NCBI GenBank assembly: GCA_964016885.1
Contig: OZ024765.1
Span: forward strand, 16,988,001-17,052,000
Source: Eledone cirrhosa
Lineage: Eukaryota
Length of the DNA: 64,000 bases
Direction: 5' to 3'
The notes under the pieces are model-generated. The model was not told the origin of the DNA. It saw nothing but the letters and a program-made list of their open reading frames with translations, and did no database searches. Positions 43,531 to 55,745 of the stretch are shown piece by piece. The translations under genes and the position numbers were made by a program. How positions within the stretch are numbered: position 1 is the stretch's first letter; each line of letters starts with the position of its first letter.

Positions 43531-45180
43531 AAATGTATATACATATATATATTATATATATATATACATATACATATATATAAATGTATATACATATATA
43601 TATTATATATATATATACATATACATATATATAAATGTATATACATATATATATTATATATATATATACATATACATAAATGTATATACATATATATACA
43701 TATATATATTATATATATATATACATATACATAAATGTATATACATATATATATTATATTTATATATACATATACATATATATAAATGTATATACATATA
43801 TATATAATATATATATATATAAATGTATATACATATATATGTAATATATATATATATATATACATATATATAAATGTATATACATATATATATAATATAT
43901 ATATATATACATATATATAAATGTATATACATATATATGTAATATATATATATATACATATATATATAATATATATATATATAAATGTATATACATATAT
44001 ATGTAATATATATATATATATATACATATATATAAATGTATATACATATATATATAATATATATATATATACATATATATAAATGTATATACATATATAT
44101 GTAATATATATATATATACATATATATAAATGTATATATATATATATATACATATATACATATACATATATAAATGTATATATATATATATATATACATA
44201 TATACATATATATATATAAATGTATATATATATGAATGTATATATACATATATATATATATAAATGTATATATATATATATATATATACATATATACATA
44301 TATATATATAAATGTATATATATATATATATACATATATACATATATATATATAAATGTATATATATATATATATACATATATACATATATATATATATA
44401 AATGTATATATATATATATATAAATGTATATACATATACATATATGTATATAAATGTATATACATATATATATATATATATAAATGTATATACATATATA
44501 CATATATATATAAATGTATATACATATATACATATATATATAAATGTATATACATATATACATATGTATATATAAATGTATATACATATATATATATACG
44601 TATATACATAAATATATATATAAATATAAAATGTATATACACACATATATATATATGTATATATATATATGTATATACATTTATATATATATTTATATAT
44701 ATATATTTATATATATACATATATATAAATGTATATACGTATATATATAAATATGTATATAAAAATGTATATACATATATATATAAATAAATATATATAT
44801 AAATGTATACACATAAATGTATATACATATATATATGTAAATGTATATACATACATATATATAAATGTATATACATATATATATAAATGTATATACATAC
44901 ATGTATATATAAATGTATATACATACATACATATAAATGTATATACATATATATATAAATGTATATACATACATGTATATATAAATGTATATACATACAT
45001 ACATATATATATATATAAATGTATATACATACATACATATATATAAATGTATATACATACATACATATATATATATAAATGTATTTACATACATACATAT
45101 ATATATATAAATGTATTTACTTACATACATATATATATATAAATGTATATACATACATACATATATATATATAAATGTAT

Positions 45181-45213
<33 letters not shown>

Positions 45214-45263
45214 CATACATATATATATATGTATATTCATACACACACATATATATATATATA
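43152..45263. repeat. ~2.1-kb (TA)n array with recurring TAAATGTATATACA
   Basis: Seen directly. Confidence 0.97.
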
Positions 45264-45323
45264 AACGTACGTTATTCCGGGTTGAATCGGAGGTAACCAC
45301 AATAACTTAGGACCTCAATACAT

Positions 45324-45367
<44 letters not shown>

Positions 45368-45484
45368 ATGTATATTTGTATGTATATAATTACAAAATAA
45401 TTATACATCGAGATAAATATAACATATATACAAACGCACATACACGCATGCATGTTCATACAGACATATTATATACATACATTG

Positions 45485-45524
<40 letters not shown>

Positions 45525-45561
45525 AAGTATGTTTTGGAACAGTGAGCAGGTTTGAAATTTG

Positions 45562-45761
45562 AAAATAGAATAGCTTTCACCGTATTTTTGACTAAAGGAA
45601 TTTTAACCTGATAATGGGGTTTAGAACCCTCAGATAAATGGAAAAAGATGAGTATTGACGTACATGTACGTCAATACTCATCTTTTTCCATTTATCTGAG
45701 GGTTCTAAACCCCATTATCAGGCTAAAATTCCTTTAGTCATTAATACGGTGAAAGCTATTC

Positions 45762-45767
<6 letters not shown>
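45562..45767. repeat. 206-bp spacerless palindrome centred on GTACATGTAC
   Basis: The arms differ at about three positions, and the right end runs into (TA)n. Confidence 0.95.
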
Positions 45768-45798
<31 letters not shown>

Positions 45799-46192
45799 CA
45801 TATATGTATAAATACATACAAACAAACATACATTCATACTATATATAAACATTCCAAAGATAGGATCAATATACGCCACTTGTAAAACAATATGGCTGCG
45901 ATATATAACAACTTAACATCTCTAAACACAACACTAACAACAAGACAAACATCAAACAACACTACTAAAAAGTAAAGGGACAGAAAACGGAAATGGAAAA
46001 CGTAAACAATGTGAAAAATGCCCAAGGGAAATAATATAATTAAGAACCGGATCGAAATTACAAACTAAACGAAATTTAAGAAATTCTATAATCATATTTC
46101 ACAGAAACCTGATCAGAGAAATAAATGACAGTTTATTTAAAAAAGACATATGAAGAGAGGAATATATATATATATATATAGGAAAATATATT

Positions 46193-46393
46193 ACCCCGAC
46201 GGCAGAGCTCAAGCAGTTTCGACGGCTGTTTCTGGACTAAATTCTGGACTGAATTTAGTCCAGAAATAGCCGTCAAAACGGCTTGAGCTCTGCCGTCGGG
46301 GTCATACATTTTCCTATTACCCACTCTACTATCATAAGTATTGAGTACTCTGGTGCGCTACGGTCCATCTAGTTCCTTACCACAACTCCTTCG

Positions 46394-46400
<7 letters not shown>
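46193..46400 (+). mobile_element. H2-family terminus with a fold-back hairpin (46193-46303)
   Basis: ACCCCGACGGCAGAGCTCAAGC...GCTTGAGCTCTGCCGTCGGGGT, followed by the family terminal segment ending in (TA)n. Confidence 0.7.
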
Positions 46401-46455
<55 letters not shown>

Positions 46456-46479
46456 CGAAGGATTATATATATGTATAAT

Positions 46480-46517
<38 letters not shown>

Positions 46518-46599
46518 GGAAAAGAGTCAGGACCCCGACGGCTGAGCTCCGGCCGTTTTGACAGCTAGATCCGAACTAAACCAGTAGGATTATGGAAGA

Positions 46600-47045
46600 T
46601 AATTGTTTCTACTTTAGGCACAAGGCCAGCAATTATCCAGTGCATTACTGGTACTTTATTTTATCGACCCCGTAAGGATGAAAGGCAAAGTCAACCTCGG
46701 CGGGATTTGAACTCAGATCGTAAAGGGACGTAACTATGCTGGAAAGCATGGCGTCCGACCCTCTACCGATACTGCCAATCCACCGAAGATAATACTGGTA
46801 AATTACTACATTGATGTGCCGCTCCAGTGCTTTACAATAACTGATAACTAACTTTTAGATTGGCAGTATCGGTAGAAGGTCGGACACCATGTTTTGCAGC
46901 AAAGAGTTACGGCCCTTTATGGTATGAGATCAAATTCCGCCGAGGTTAACTTTGCATTTCATCATTACGGGGGGTCGATAAAATAAAGTACCAGTAATGC
47001 ACTGGGTTAATTGTTGGCCTTGTGCCAAAAAATATAAACAATTAT
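46600..47045. mobile_element. Head-to-head SINE A pair (46600-46785 -, 46858-47045 +)
   Basis: The first copy is flanked by a GAAGATAAT direct repeat and is almost identical to the 27551 copy. Confidence 0.88.
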
Positions 47046-47199
47046 TAAAGGGGTTTGTAGTACAAAAAAAAAGGGATTAAAGATCGTGGCTAGTGTGTGA
47101 AATGAATATAAATAAATAGATGAATAAATAAATGAATTAGTTGCTAACTATAAATAGGAATTTACAATGTTCGTCACAAATATGAAAATACACTCTTGA

Positions 47200-48345
47200 C
47201 AGGTGCAATGTGTCCGAACGCGGAAAAGCCGAACTCCCACCGTCATCACCTCCATCTCTCTCGCCCTCCCAATTCCTATTTATAGTGAGCAAATGGGGTC
47301 CCACGTGCTGGCCTCCCCACAGCCCCGACGGACAGAATGGAGAAGGAGTTTCCCCGGATGATGGTAAGAGAGATGCGCTGGAAGAGACTTTCCAACTCGT
47401 GAGGCTCACACCTGCGTCTAGCCAGCTCAGCGCCTGCGGTGGTGAGTAGGGAGGTAGCCCTAGGGCCAAGGACACCAGAAGTCACCCCTGCTACAGCTAG
47501 CTAGCTCAGCGCCTGTGGTGGTGAGTAGGGAGGTAGCCCTAGGGCCAAGGACACCAGAAGTCACCCCTGCTACAGCTAGCCAGCTCAGCGCCTGCGGTGG
47601 TGAGTAGGGAGGTAGCCCTAGGGCCAAGGACACCAGAAGTCACCCCTGCTACAGCTAGCTAGCTCAGCGCCTGTGGTGGTGAGTAGGGAGGTAGCCCTAG
47701 GGCCAAGGACACCAGAAGTCACCCCTGCTACAGCTAGCTAGCTCAGCGCCTGTGGTGGTGAGTAGGGAGGTAGCCCTAGAGCCAAGGACACCAGAAGTCA
47801 CCCCTGCTACAGCTAGCTAGCTAGCTCAGCGCCTGTGGTGGTGAGTAGGGAGGTAGCCCTAGGGCCAAGGACACCAGAAGTCACCCCTGCTACAGCTAGC
47901 TAGCTCAGCGCCTGTGGTGGTGAGTAGGGAGGTAGCCCTAGGGCCAAGGACACCAGAAGTCACCCCTGCTACAGCTAGCTAGCTCAGCGCCTGTGGTGGT
48001 GAGTAGGGAGGTAGCCCTAGGGCCAAGGACACCAGAAGTCACCCCTGCTACAGCTAGCTAGCTCAGCGCCTGTGGTGGTGAGTAGGGAGGTAGCCCTAGG
48101 GCCAAGGACACCAGAAGTCACCCCTGCTACAGCTAGCTAGCTCAGCGCCTGTGGTGGTGAGTAGGGATATAGCCCTAGGGCCAAGGACACCAGAAGTCAC
48201 CCCTGCTACAGCTAGCTAGCTCAGCGCCTGTGGTGGTGAGTAGGGAGGTAGCCCTAGGGCCAAGGACACCAGAAGTCACCCCTGCTACAGCTAGCTAACT
48301 CAGCGCCTGTGGTGGTGAGTAGGAAGGTAGCCCTAGGGCCAAGGG
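47200..48345 (-). mobile_element. Second CRE-clade 3' end; 47420-48345 is a 79-bp satellite (~11-12 copies)
   Basis: ORF 47276-47485 reads TSGVLGPRATSLLTTAGAELARRRCEPHELESLFQRISLTIIRGNSFSIL. The unit start TAGGGCCAAG recurs at 47461, 47540 and onward. Confidence 0.85.
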
Positions 48346-48469
48346 TACGACCGCACACCTGTCGGTGAGTGATTGGTACTATTTATCGACCTTGAATGGA
48401 TGAAGGGCAAAGTTGACCTCGGCGGGATTTGAACTCAGAGAGCTGAAGTAACTACTACAAACCATTCTA

Positions 48470-49455
48470 TCTGACATTCTAACGACTGCCGTTCTATTTG
48501 ACGTTCTAACCACTCTACCATTCTATCAGACGTTCTAACTACTCTACCATTCTATCAGACGTTCTAACTACTCTACCATTCTATCAGACGTTCTAACTAC
48601 TCTACCATTCTATCGGACGTTCTAACTACTCTACCATTATATCAGACGTTCTAACTACCATTCTATCAGACGTTCTAACCACTCAACCATTCTATTTGAC
48701 GTTCTAACTACTCAACCATTCTATTTGACGTTCTAACTACTCAACCATTCTATTTGACGTTCTAACTACTCTACCATTCTATCTGACGTTCTAACTACCC
48801 TACCATTCTATCAGACGTTCTAACCACTCAACCATTCTATCAGACGTTCTAACTACTCTACCATTCAATCTGACGTTCTAACCATTCTACCATTCTATCT
48901 GACTTTCTAACCACTCTACCATTCTATCTGACGTTCTAACTACCCTACCATTCTATCAGACGTTCTAACCACTCAACCATTCTATCTGACGTTCTAACTA
49001 CCCTACCATTCTATCAGACGTTCTAACCACTCTACCATTCTATCAGACGTTCTAACTACTCAACCATTCTATCTGACGTTCTAACTACCCTACCATTCTA
49101 TCAGACGTTCTAACCACTCTACCATTATATCAGACGTTCTAACTACTCTACCATTCTATCTGACGTTCTAACCACTCTACCATTCTATCTGACGTTCTAA
49201 CCACTCTACCATTCTATCTGACCTTCTAACCAGTCTACCATTCTATCTGACGTTCTAGCTACTCAACCATTCTATCTGACGTTCTAACTACCCTACCATT
49301 CTATCTGACGTTCTAACCACTCTACCATTCTATCTGACGTTCTAACCACTCTACTATTCTATCTGACCTTCTAACCACTCTACCATTCTATCTGACGTTC
49401 TAGCTACTCTACCATTCTATCTGACGTTCTAACTACCTACCATTCTAACCACTCT
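48470..49455 (-). repeat. 29-bp minisatellite (~33 copies) expanded inside the 5' head of a diverged SINE A (48370-49470)
   Basis: Unit TTCTATCTGACGTTCTAACCACTCTACCA. The SINE body lies to the left and the SINE start (CTGTCAATTCACCACCT) to the right. Confidence 0.85.
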
Positions 49456-49638
49456 GTCAATTCACCACCTAAACATATCAGCGCCATATATCTGACTTCT
49501 GTTTTAAACTTTCTCTGAGTTTTCTCACCTTTTCCCCGGGGTCTAGAGTACAACGGAATAACAGTTTGTCAGAATATGAGAATCGAAACTAGTTAATTAT
49601 CTGATCTGTAATACAATACTTTTCATTGATTTTTAAAC

Positions 49639-49641
<3 letters not shown>

Positions 49642-49685
<44 letters not shown>

Positions 49686-50310
49686 GCCTCTCCCTCACCG
49701 TCTTTCTCTCAACCTCTGTATCGTTCTCTATCTCTCTCTCCCTCTCACTCACTCTATCTCTCTATCTCTGTCTTTCTCTCTGTCTCTATTTTTTGTCTCT
49801 CTGTCTCCCACACTCTCCCTGTCTCTCTCTCTCTCTCTCTTACTCTTTCTGCCTCTCCCCTCACCGTCTTTCTCTCAACCTCTGTATCGTTCTCTGTCTC
49901 TCTCTCCCCATCTTCTCTCAGTCTCTGTATCGTTCTCTGTCTCTCTCTCTCCCCATCTTCTCTCAGTCTCTGTATCACTTTCTCTCTCCCAGTCCCTCTC
50001 TCATTCTGGATATCTTTCTGTCACTCACTGTCACTCTCTCTCAATCTCTGTATCTTTCTGTTTGTCTCTCTTACTCTTTCTCCCCGATTCTCTCTCAGCC
50101 TATCTGTGTCTCTTCCTCTCATCCTGTCTCATTTTGCGTCTCTCTCTGCACTGCTCTTGCTCTGTCACCCCCCCCCCCCTCTCACTTGCTCTCTCTCTAT
50201 CTATCTATCTCTTTGCCTTTCCCTCTCTATATTATTCTCACTCAGTCGTTCACTCTCTCTCTCTCTCCCACACATACTCTCTCCCTTCTCCGACTCTCCA
50301 TCCCCTCTTA
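49642..50310. repeat. (CT)n-rich polypyrimidine tract
   Basis: Seen directly. Confidence 0.93.
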
Positions 50311-50708
50311 GTCTTGCCTGTTTGTTTTTTTAATTGACAGAAACAGACGATCAAACCAGACGTAACTAATCAACACCACATCTGATTATAGTGCATTAGT
50401 TACTGTTTGTTTACTAGGCATGAAGGCGGAGGTGGTGCAAGATGAGGGGGTGGAAGAGGTATAGTAGGTATGGAAGGAGGAGGATGCGCTGGAGGATGAG
50501 GGGTGGAGGAGAAAGGTGAGAGGGGAGGGGTGGTAGTTGTTGCAAAACTGTCCCCTGGAGAGGCCGCCAGTCCATCACATGCTTAAAGCCCTGGCTCTTG
50601 TTGCTGGTGTACATTTTCAGCTGAGTATACAGGAACAACGTGGAATGAAATGTTTTGTTTAAGAACACAACACACAACCCAGTCCAGGAATTGAACCCAC
50701 GACTTTAA

Positions 50709-51758
50709 CCCTTTAGCTTTCTCATTACTCTATATATATTATTATATATTATTTCCAGCATAGTTACGTCCCTTTACGATCTGAGTTCAAATCCCGCGGT
50801 GGATTGGCAGTATCGGTAGAGGGTCGGACGCCATGCTTTCCAGCATAGTTACGTCCCTTTACGATCTGAGTTCAAATCCCGCGGTAGATTGGCAGTATCG
50901 GTAGAGGGTCGGACGCCATGCTTTCCAGCATAGTTACGTCCCTTTACAGTCTGAGTTCAAATCCCGCGGTGAATTGGCAGTATCGGTAGAGGGTCGGACG
51001 CCATGCTTTCCAGCATAGTTACGTCCCTTTACAGTCTGAGTTCAAATCCCGCGGTGGATTGGCAGTATCGGTAGAGGGTCGGACGCCATGCTTTCCAGCA
51101 TAGTTACGTCCCTTTACAGTCTGAGTTCAAATCCCGCGGTGAATTGGCAGTATCGGTAGAGGGTCGGACGCCATGCTTTCCAGCATAGTTACGTCCCTTT
51201 ACAGTCTGAGTTCAAATCCCGCGGTGGATTGGCAGTATCGGTAGAGGGTCGGACGCCATGCTTTCCAGCATAGTTACGTCCCTTTACAGTCTGAGTTCAA
51301 ATCCCGCGGTGGATTGGCAGTATCGGTAGAGGGTCGGACGCCATGCTTTCCAGCATAGTTACGTCCCTTTACGATCTGAGTTCAAATCCCGCGGTGGATT
51401 GGCAGTATCGGTAGAGGGTCGGACGCCATGCTTTCCAGCATAGTTACGTCCCTTTACAGTCTGAGTTCAAATCACGCCGAGGTTCACTTTGCCTTTCATC
51501 CTTACGGGGTCGATAAAATAAAGTACCAGTAATGCACTGGTTAATTTGCTGGCCTTGTGCCTATAGTAGAAACAATTATATATTATTGTATTTTGTGATA
51601 AAGGCTTTATCTCACATAATATCGAATCTATGAGATTTTGATATTGTTTCTTTTGAGAAAAATACCTTAACATCAGTATGAGGGGCTGGTTATGGCCGGT
51701 TGGACAGAAAGAGGTGAGAGAATTCTGGCCGAATATGGCCAGTTTAAATGCTAAAGTG
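50709..51758. mobile_element. TTAA-flanked (piggyBac-like) MITE inserted in a SINE B head and itself carrying a SINE A array
   Basis: TTAA|CCCTTTAGC ... GCTAAAGTG|TTAA. The flanks rejoin as GAATTGAACCCACGACT-TTAA-GATCCTAAATCCAACACCTTAACCACT. An insert-free copy lies at 61910-62118. Confidence 0.72.
50753..51578 (+). repeat. SINE A whose 85-bp tRNA-like head is tandemly repeated 8 times plus a partial copy
   Basis: GCGGT starts at 50796, 50881, 50966, 51051, 51136, 51221, 51306 and 51391. A single SINE body follows at 51476-51578. Confidence 0.95.
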
Positions 51759-52179
51759 TTAAGATCCTAAATCCAACACCTTAACCACTACAGTGACGTG
51801 CAATGAAGTGTTTTGTTCAATAACACAACACACAACCCAGTCAAGGAATCGAACCCACAACAGTATGATCTTAAGTCTAACACCTTAACTACTATACACT
51901 CTCTATATGACGTTACCCAAGGGGAAGTAAAACCTAACACATTTAGTCCTAACCCACACACCACCTCATTATGATTGTTTCTTGAAAAACTTTGTAGAAA
52001 AAATGTTCAGATCATATAATATAGAGGTTCTCAAATCTTTTGGGGCCACTTTCCACCCGAACCCCCGACTAAAGACCACGTAATACTCTCAGCACCACCA
52101 CCCATAATTCCAGACAGACCCGTCTCCACACAAATTGTAAATAATATATAATAAATAAAATCGTTAATTTATAATAATA

Positions 52180-52752
52180 ATAATTGTTTCTACTTTTGGC
52201 ACAAGGCCAGGAATCGAACTTACAAGCTCAAGATTGTGAATCCAATTCTCTAACCACTCAGCCACACGCCTTCACAATGATAATAATTGTTTCTGCTTTA
52301 GGCACAAGGCCAGCAATTACCCAGTGCATTACTGGTACTTTATTTTATCGACCCCGTAAAAAATGAAAGGCAAAGTTAACCTCGACGGGATTTGAACTCA
52401 GACCGTAAAAGGGACTTAACGTCCGACCCTCTACCTATACTGCCAATTCACCGCCCTATAATAAATAATTGTTTCTACTTTTCGGCACAAGGGCAGCAAA
52501 TACCCAGTACATTACTAGTACTTTATTTTATCGACCCCGTAATGATGAAAGGCAAAATAATATAATATATATTTGGCAGTATCGGTATAGGGTCTGACGC
52601 CATGCTGTGCAGCATGGAGTTACGGCACTTTACGTTCTGAGTTCAAATCTCGCCGAGGTTAACTTTGCCGTTCATCCTTACGGGGTTGATAAAATAGAGT
52701 ACCAGTAATACCACTGTGATAATTGCTGATCTTGTACCAAAATTAGAAACAA
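52180..52752. mobile_element. SINE cluster (A -, B head -, A -, A +)
   Basis: Family motifs. Confidence 0.82.
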
Positions 52753-53179
52753 TACCACAATACCACAACTTTACCACAAGGCCACGCGCTCCCAAGAACA
52801 TGATGGTTAGCATCGAATGCGATGGGTAAGCATAAGCAATCAAGTATTGAGTATATACTATTGTCTTGTTAAAAGTAATTAGCTGCTGTGAGTGCCAGTC
52901 TGTTAATGGAGACCGTGCCAAAACAGCTGGCTCTTGAGTTCTTTTATAGTAGCTATCTCAACTAGTCCAAAATAAATATTATCATATTAACGATACGGCT
53001 TGAAATATTTGCTTTTCAATTTTGTTATTTATGTGTTTATGTATATATATATGTGTGTGTGTGTTTATGTGTGTGTTTATGTATGTATATGTGTGTGTGT
53101 TAGTGTACGTGTGAATTTAAAGAATTTCAGTATACAAAGACTCATGGCAACACGTATGTACACACAAGAGAGAGAGAGA

Positions 53180-53237
<58 letters not shown>

Positions 53238-53279
53238 CTAGCAAAACAGACGTAGAAGCAAATGAGATTTAGACACAGT

Positions 53280-53314
<35 letters not shown>

Positions 53315-53418
53315 ACACACACATATTATAAAATATACATAGAGTTAAAACAAAACCCTACCAATATGCTTTGTTCGAAATTTTCTGCCGAACTTAAATC
53401 ATTACCATTATTATACCC

Positions 53419-53652
53419 CACATTCTCGAAAGCAACGGCCTGCTGAACTCCAACCAACATGGGTTCCGTAATGGAAGGGACTGCCTAACGCAGCTCTTGC
53501 ATCACTTTGACGATGTTTTGAGAGCCTTGGGAGAGGGCTCCAACACTGATGTCATCTACCTTGATTTCAGCAAGGCTTTTGGCAGGGTTGAACATAAGAT
53601 TCTACTGAAAATACTATCCAATATTGGTGTCTCTGGAAGGTTACTACAGTGA
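53419..53652 (+). pseudogene. CR1/L2-group LINE reverse-transcriptase fragment
   Basis: Translated by hand: HILESNGLLNSNQHGFRNGRDCLTQLLHHFDDVLRALGEGSNTDVIYLDFSKAFGRVEHKILLKILSNIGVSGRLLQ* (QHGFR..CLTQL..D.IYLDFSKAF motifs). Confidence 0.88.
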
Positions 53653-53963
53653 AATATTGAGCAACCGTTATGTAGGAAGCCGGTTTTGACTACCAAAATC
53701 GGCTTCCTACATAACGGTTGCTCAATATTTATGGTACGTCAACATTATTTATAAAACTGTTTATATATTGTATTTTATCTGAAGAAGGCATGCCATATTT
53801 TTAATATGGTATCCCTGAAATATGTATAATGAAATAAATATGGTTTTATAAATATAGTTTCCATTTGTTTAATATCGTATATCTACTCCAAAACTTGTCG
53901 AGTGCTTTATATCAGTTATAAAATATTTACTTGTTGTAACCCAACAATTTTAAATAAAACTTT

Positions 53964-53968
<5 letters not shown>
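53652..53968 (+). mobile_element. H1 element: 5' fold-back hairpin (53652-53730), hammerhead motif (53771-53836) and terminus at (TA)n
   Basis: TATTTTAT CTGAAGA AGG-C-ATGCCATATT..AATATGGTAT-C-CCT GAAA T ATGT A TA ATGAAATA. Confidence 0.78.
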
Positions 53969-54008
<40 letters not shown>

Positions 54009-54474
54009 AAAGAGAAAACACAGGTAAGCGTTAAAAAAAGGATTTTATCCAGGTATTTACGACCGTTTCATTGGTAAGTGCAACCTTATATTGCTATATT
54101 GCAAATAGCAGCCACTGAATAATAATTGCTGTTCACCTCCAAATTTTCAAAATAGTGACTAAGTTACTCTTGAAAGGTTCTTAATATATAGAGAAACATT
54201 TTTTTAAAATTGTATTTACTAGTATAGAGAGAAAGGAAGGGGGGAAGGAATTAGGAAGTAGATTGACAAACGGAGTAGTGTAGAGAGAGAGGAAGGGGGA
54301 GAAGAATTAGAAAGTAGAGTGACAAACGGAGATGGAGGGAGGGGTAAAGGTGAAAGGATTTATTATTATTACTATATATCTATATATATATAGATATATA
54401 GTAATAATAATAAATTTGGGGGAAATAAGGGTGAAAGCAGCGATTCTTTGCTTAAACTTTAATCTGTTATTTTA

Positions 54475-54518
<44 letters not shown>

Positions 54519-54728
54519 TACTCTCTCGTCGTATGTCGACATGTACGAAATAAAGGGTGGGGGTTCAGATACGGTGTGCAGAAGGGGATACGTTGGTATG
54601 GACATATGATGCATATGAAGGATGACAGATGTATTAAAAGGTGCAAAATTGCATCGGATCTTGGTACATTTCAAATTTTCAAATCTTTTCTTTTTCTTTT
54701 CTTTTCTGTAATTCCATACAACCCAAAG

Positions 54729-54857
54729 TGAATTCATGTGAAACGTATTCATGCAACGTGGCGATATGTCGCATAAAAGGCAATACTACACAATGCTACT
54801 GTACTCAGGATCTTCAGTGGTTGAATGGTACCTCACCTTGCCAAATTACTGCTCCAG
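54729..54857 (+). CDS. Internal coding exon for one EGF-like domain (host gene unidentified)
   Basis: A long polypyrimidine tract and AAG| acceptor precede it, and a CAG|GTAAGA donor follows. It is 129 bp, phase 1-1, with no stops: (x)NSCETYSCNVAICRIKGNTTQCYCTQDLQWLNGTSPCQITAP = C-x4-C-x4-C-x8-C-x-C-x12-C, with two N-glycosylation sequons. Confidence 0.8.
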
Positions 54858-54984
54858 GTAAGAATATATATATATGTTTTCCATCCGGTTTGTCCAATAT
54901 AGTTTGTTTGTTCTCATTGTTAGGTCTCTTTATATTCTGCGGTTAAATTTCTCCGAGGTCAAATTTAACTTTCAATCATTTTCT

Positions 54985-55745
54985 TTTTCTTCCGCTTAAG
55001 AGAGTCGTGTGTTATGTGATGCAGAGTCATCAGACAGGCCTCCAAAAAGGTCCTATTAGATACAGTTGTCTCCGAGGCCAACCCAGTTCAGGGATATTAT
55101 CCAACCATCTTGCTGAAAGTCAAGGCCTGGCTCTCCTGTCAGTTGGTTTAACCGTAAAATACGTCTAGCAATTCTTACCTGGGATATAACTACATCTCTG
55201 TAATATCGGAGATGTGGTCTCTTAACTTGGAGAAGTAGCGGTTATACCTGGAGTAACTCTATGATCTCTGAGCTACGCACTCTACCGAGTAATGTTACTA
55301 CAAAGACCTTTCAGGGGAACCCCATTTCGGGTACCTGTATTCGCGATTATATTATTTCAGTCATTAACCAAGATTCATGACCATAGCTATGAGTTGGTAC
55401 AAACACAGAATTGAAGATAGTGAGTTTGGTTTTTGTACCTACCTACCTACACCTCCTTTCTTCCAAAGTTGATACATTTCTACACAAGCTTCAGCAATTC
55501 TTACGTTTTAATTCAACACCGTCTTCCATCAATTGTGAAAACCCGACCCCGAGGTACACTGAAGCAGGCGGAGAAGTTCATGTAACTCAATCACATACTG
55601 AGTGCACTGAACTGGTTTCTGTCAGGAGACGAATGTCTTAGTCTTCATCAGCAATTTTCATTCCTGTACAGCCGTAATTGACATACCTATCAAATGTCTC
55701 TAAGAGATTATCTTCTGATGAGTTCTGGCGTCAACAAATGAATCA
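54985..55745 (-). mobile_element. Old Rex3-like RTE relic containing a single, unamplified copy of the 123-bp segment
   Basis: Minus strand: YLGVGFS..KLTIFNSVFVPTHSYGHESWLMTE..RIQVPEMGF..RVRSSEIIELLQV.PLLLQVKRPHLRYY. Confidence 0.78.

Noticed and set aside
50796-51475. Tandem tRNA gene cluster
   Set aside because: The units are SINE heads: A/B boxes are present, I found no convincing cloverleaf, and the last unit runs straight into the SINE body.
52781-52825. Possible 45-bp exon ending GATGG|GTAAGC
   Set aside because: The acceptor is weak, and the only fully open frame is phase 2-2, which is incompatible with the phase-1 EGF exon downstream.
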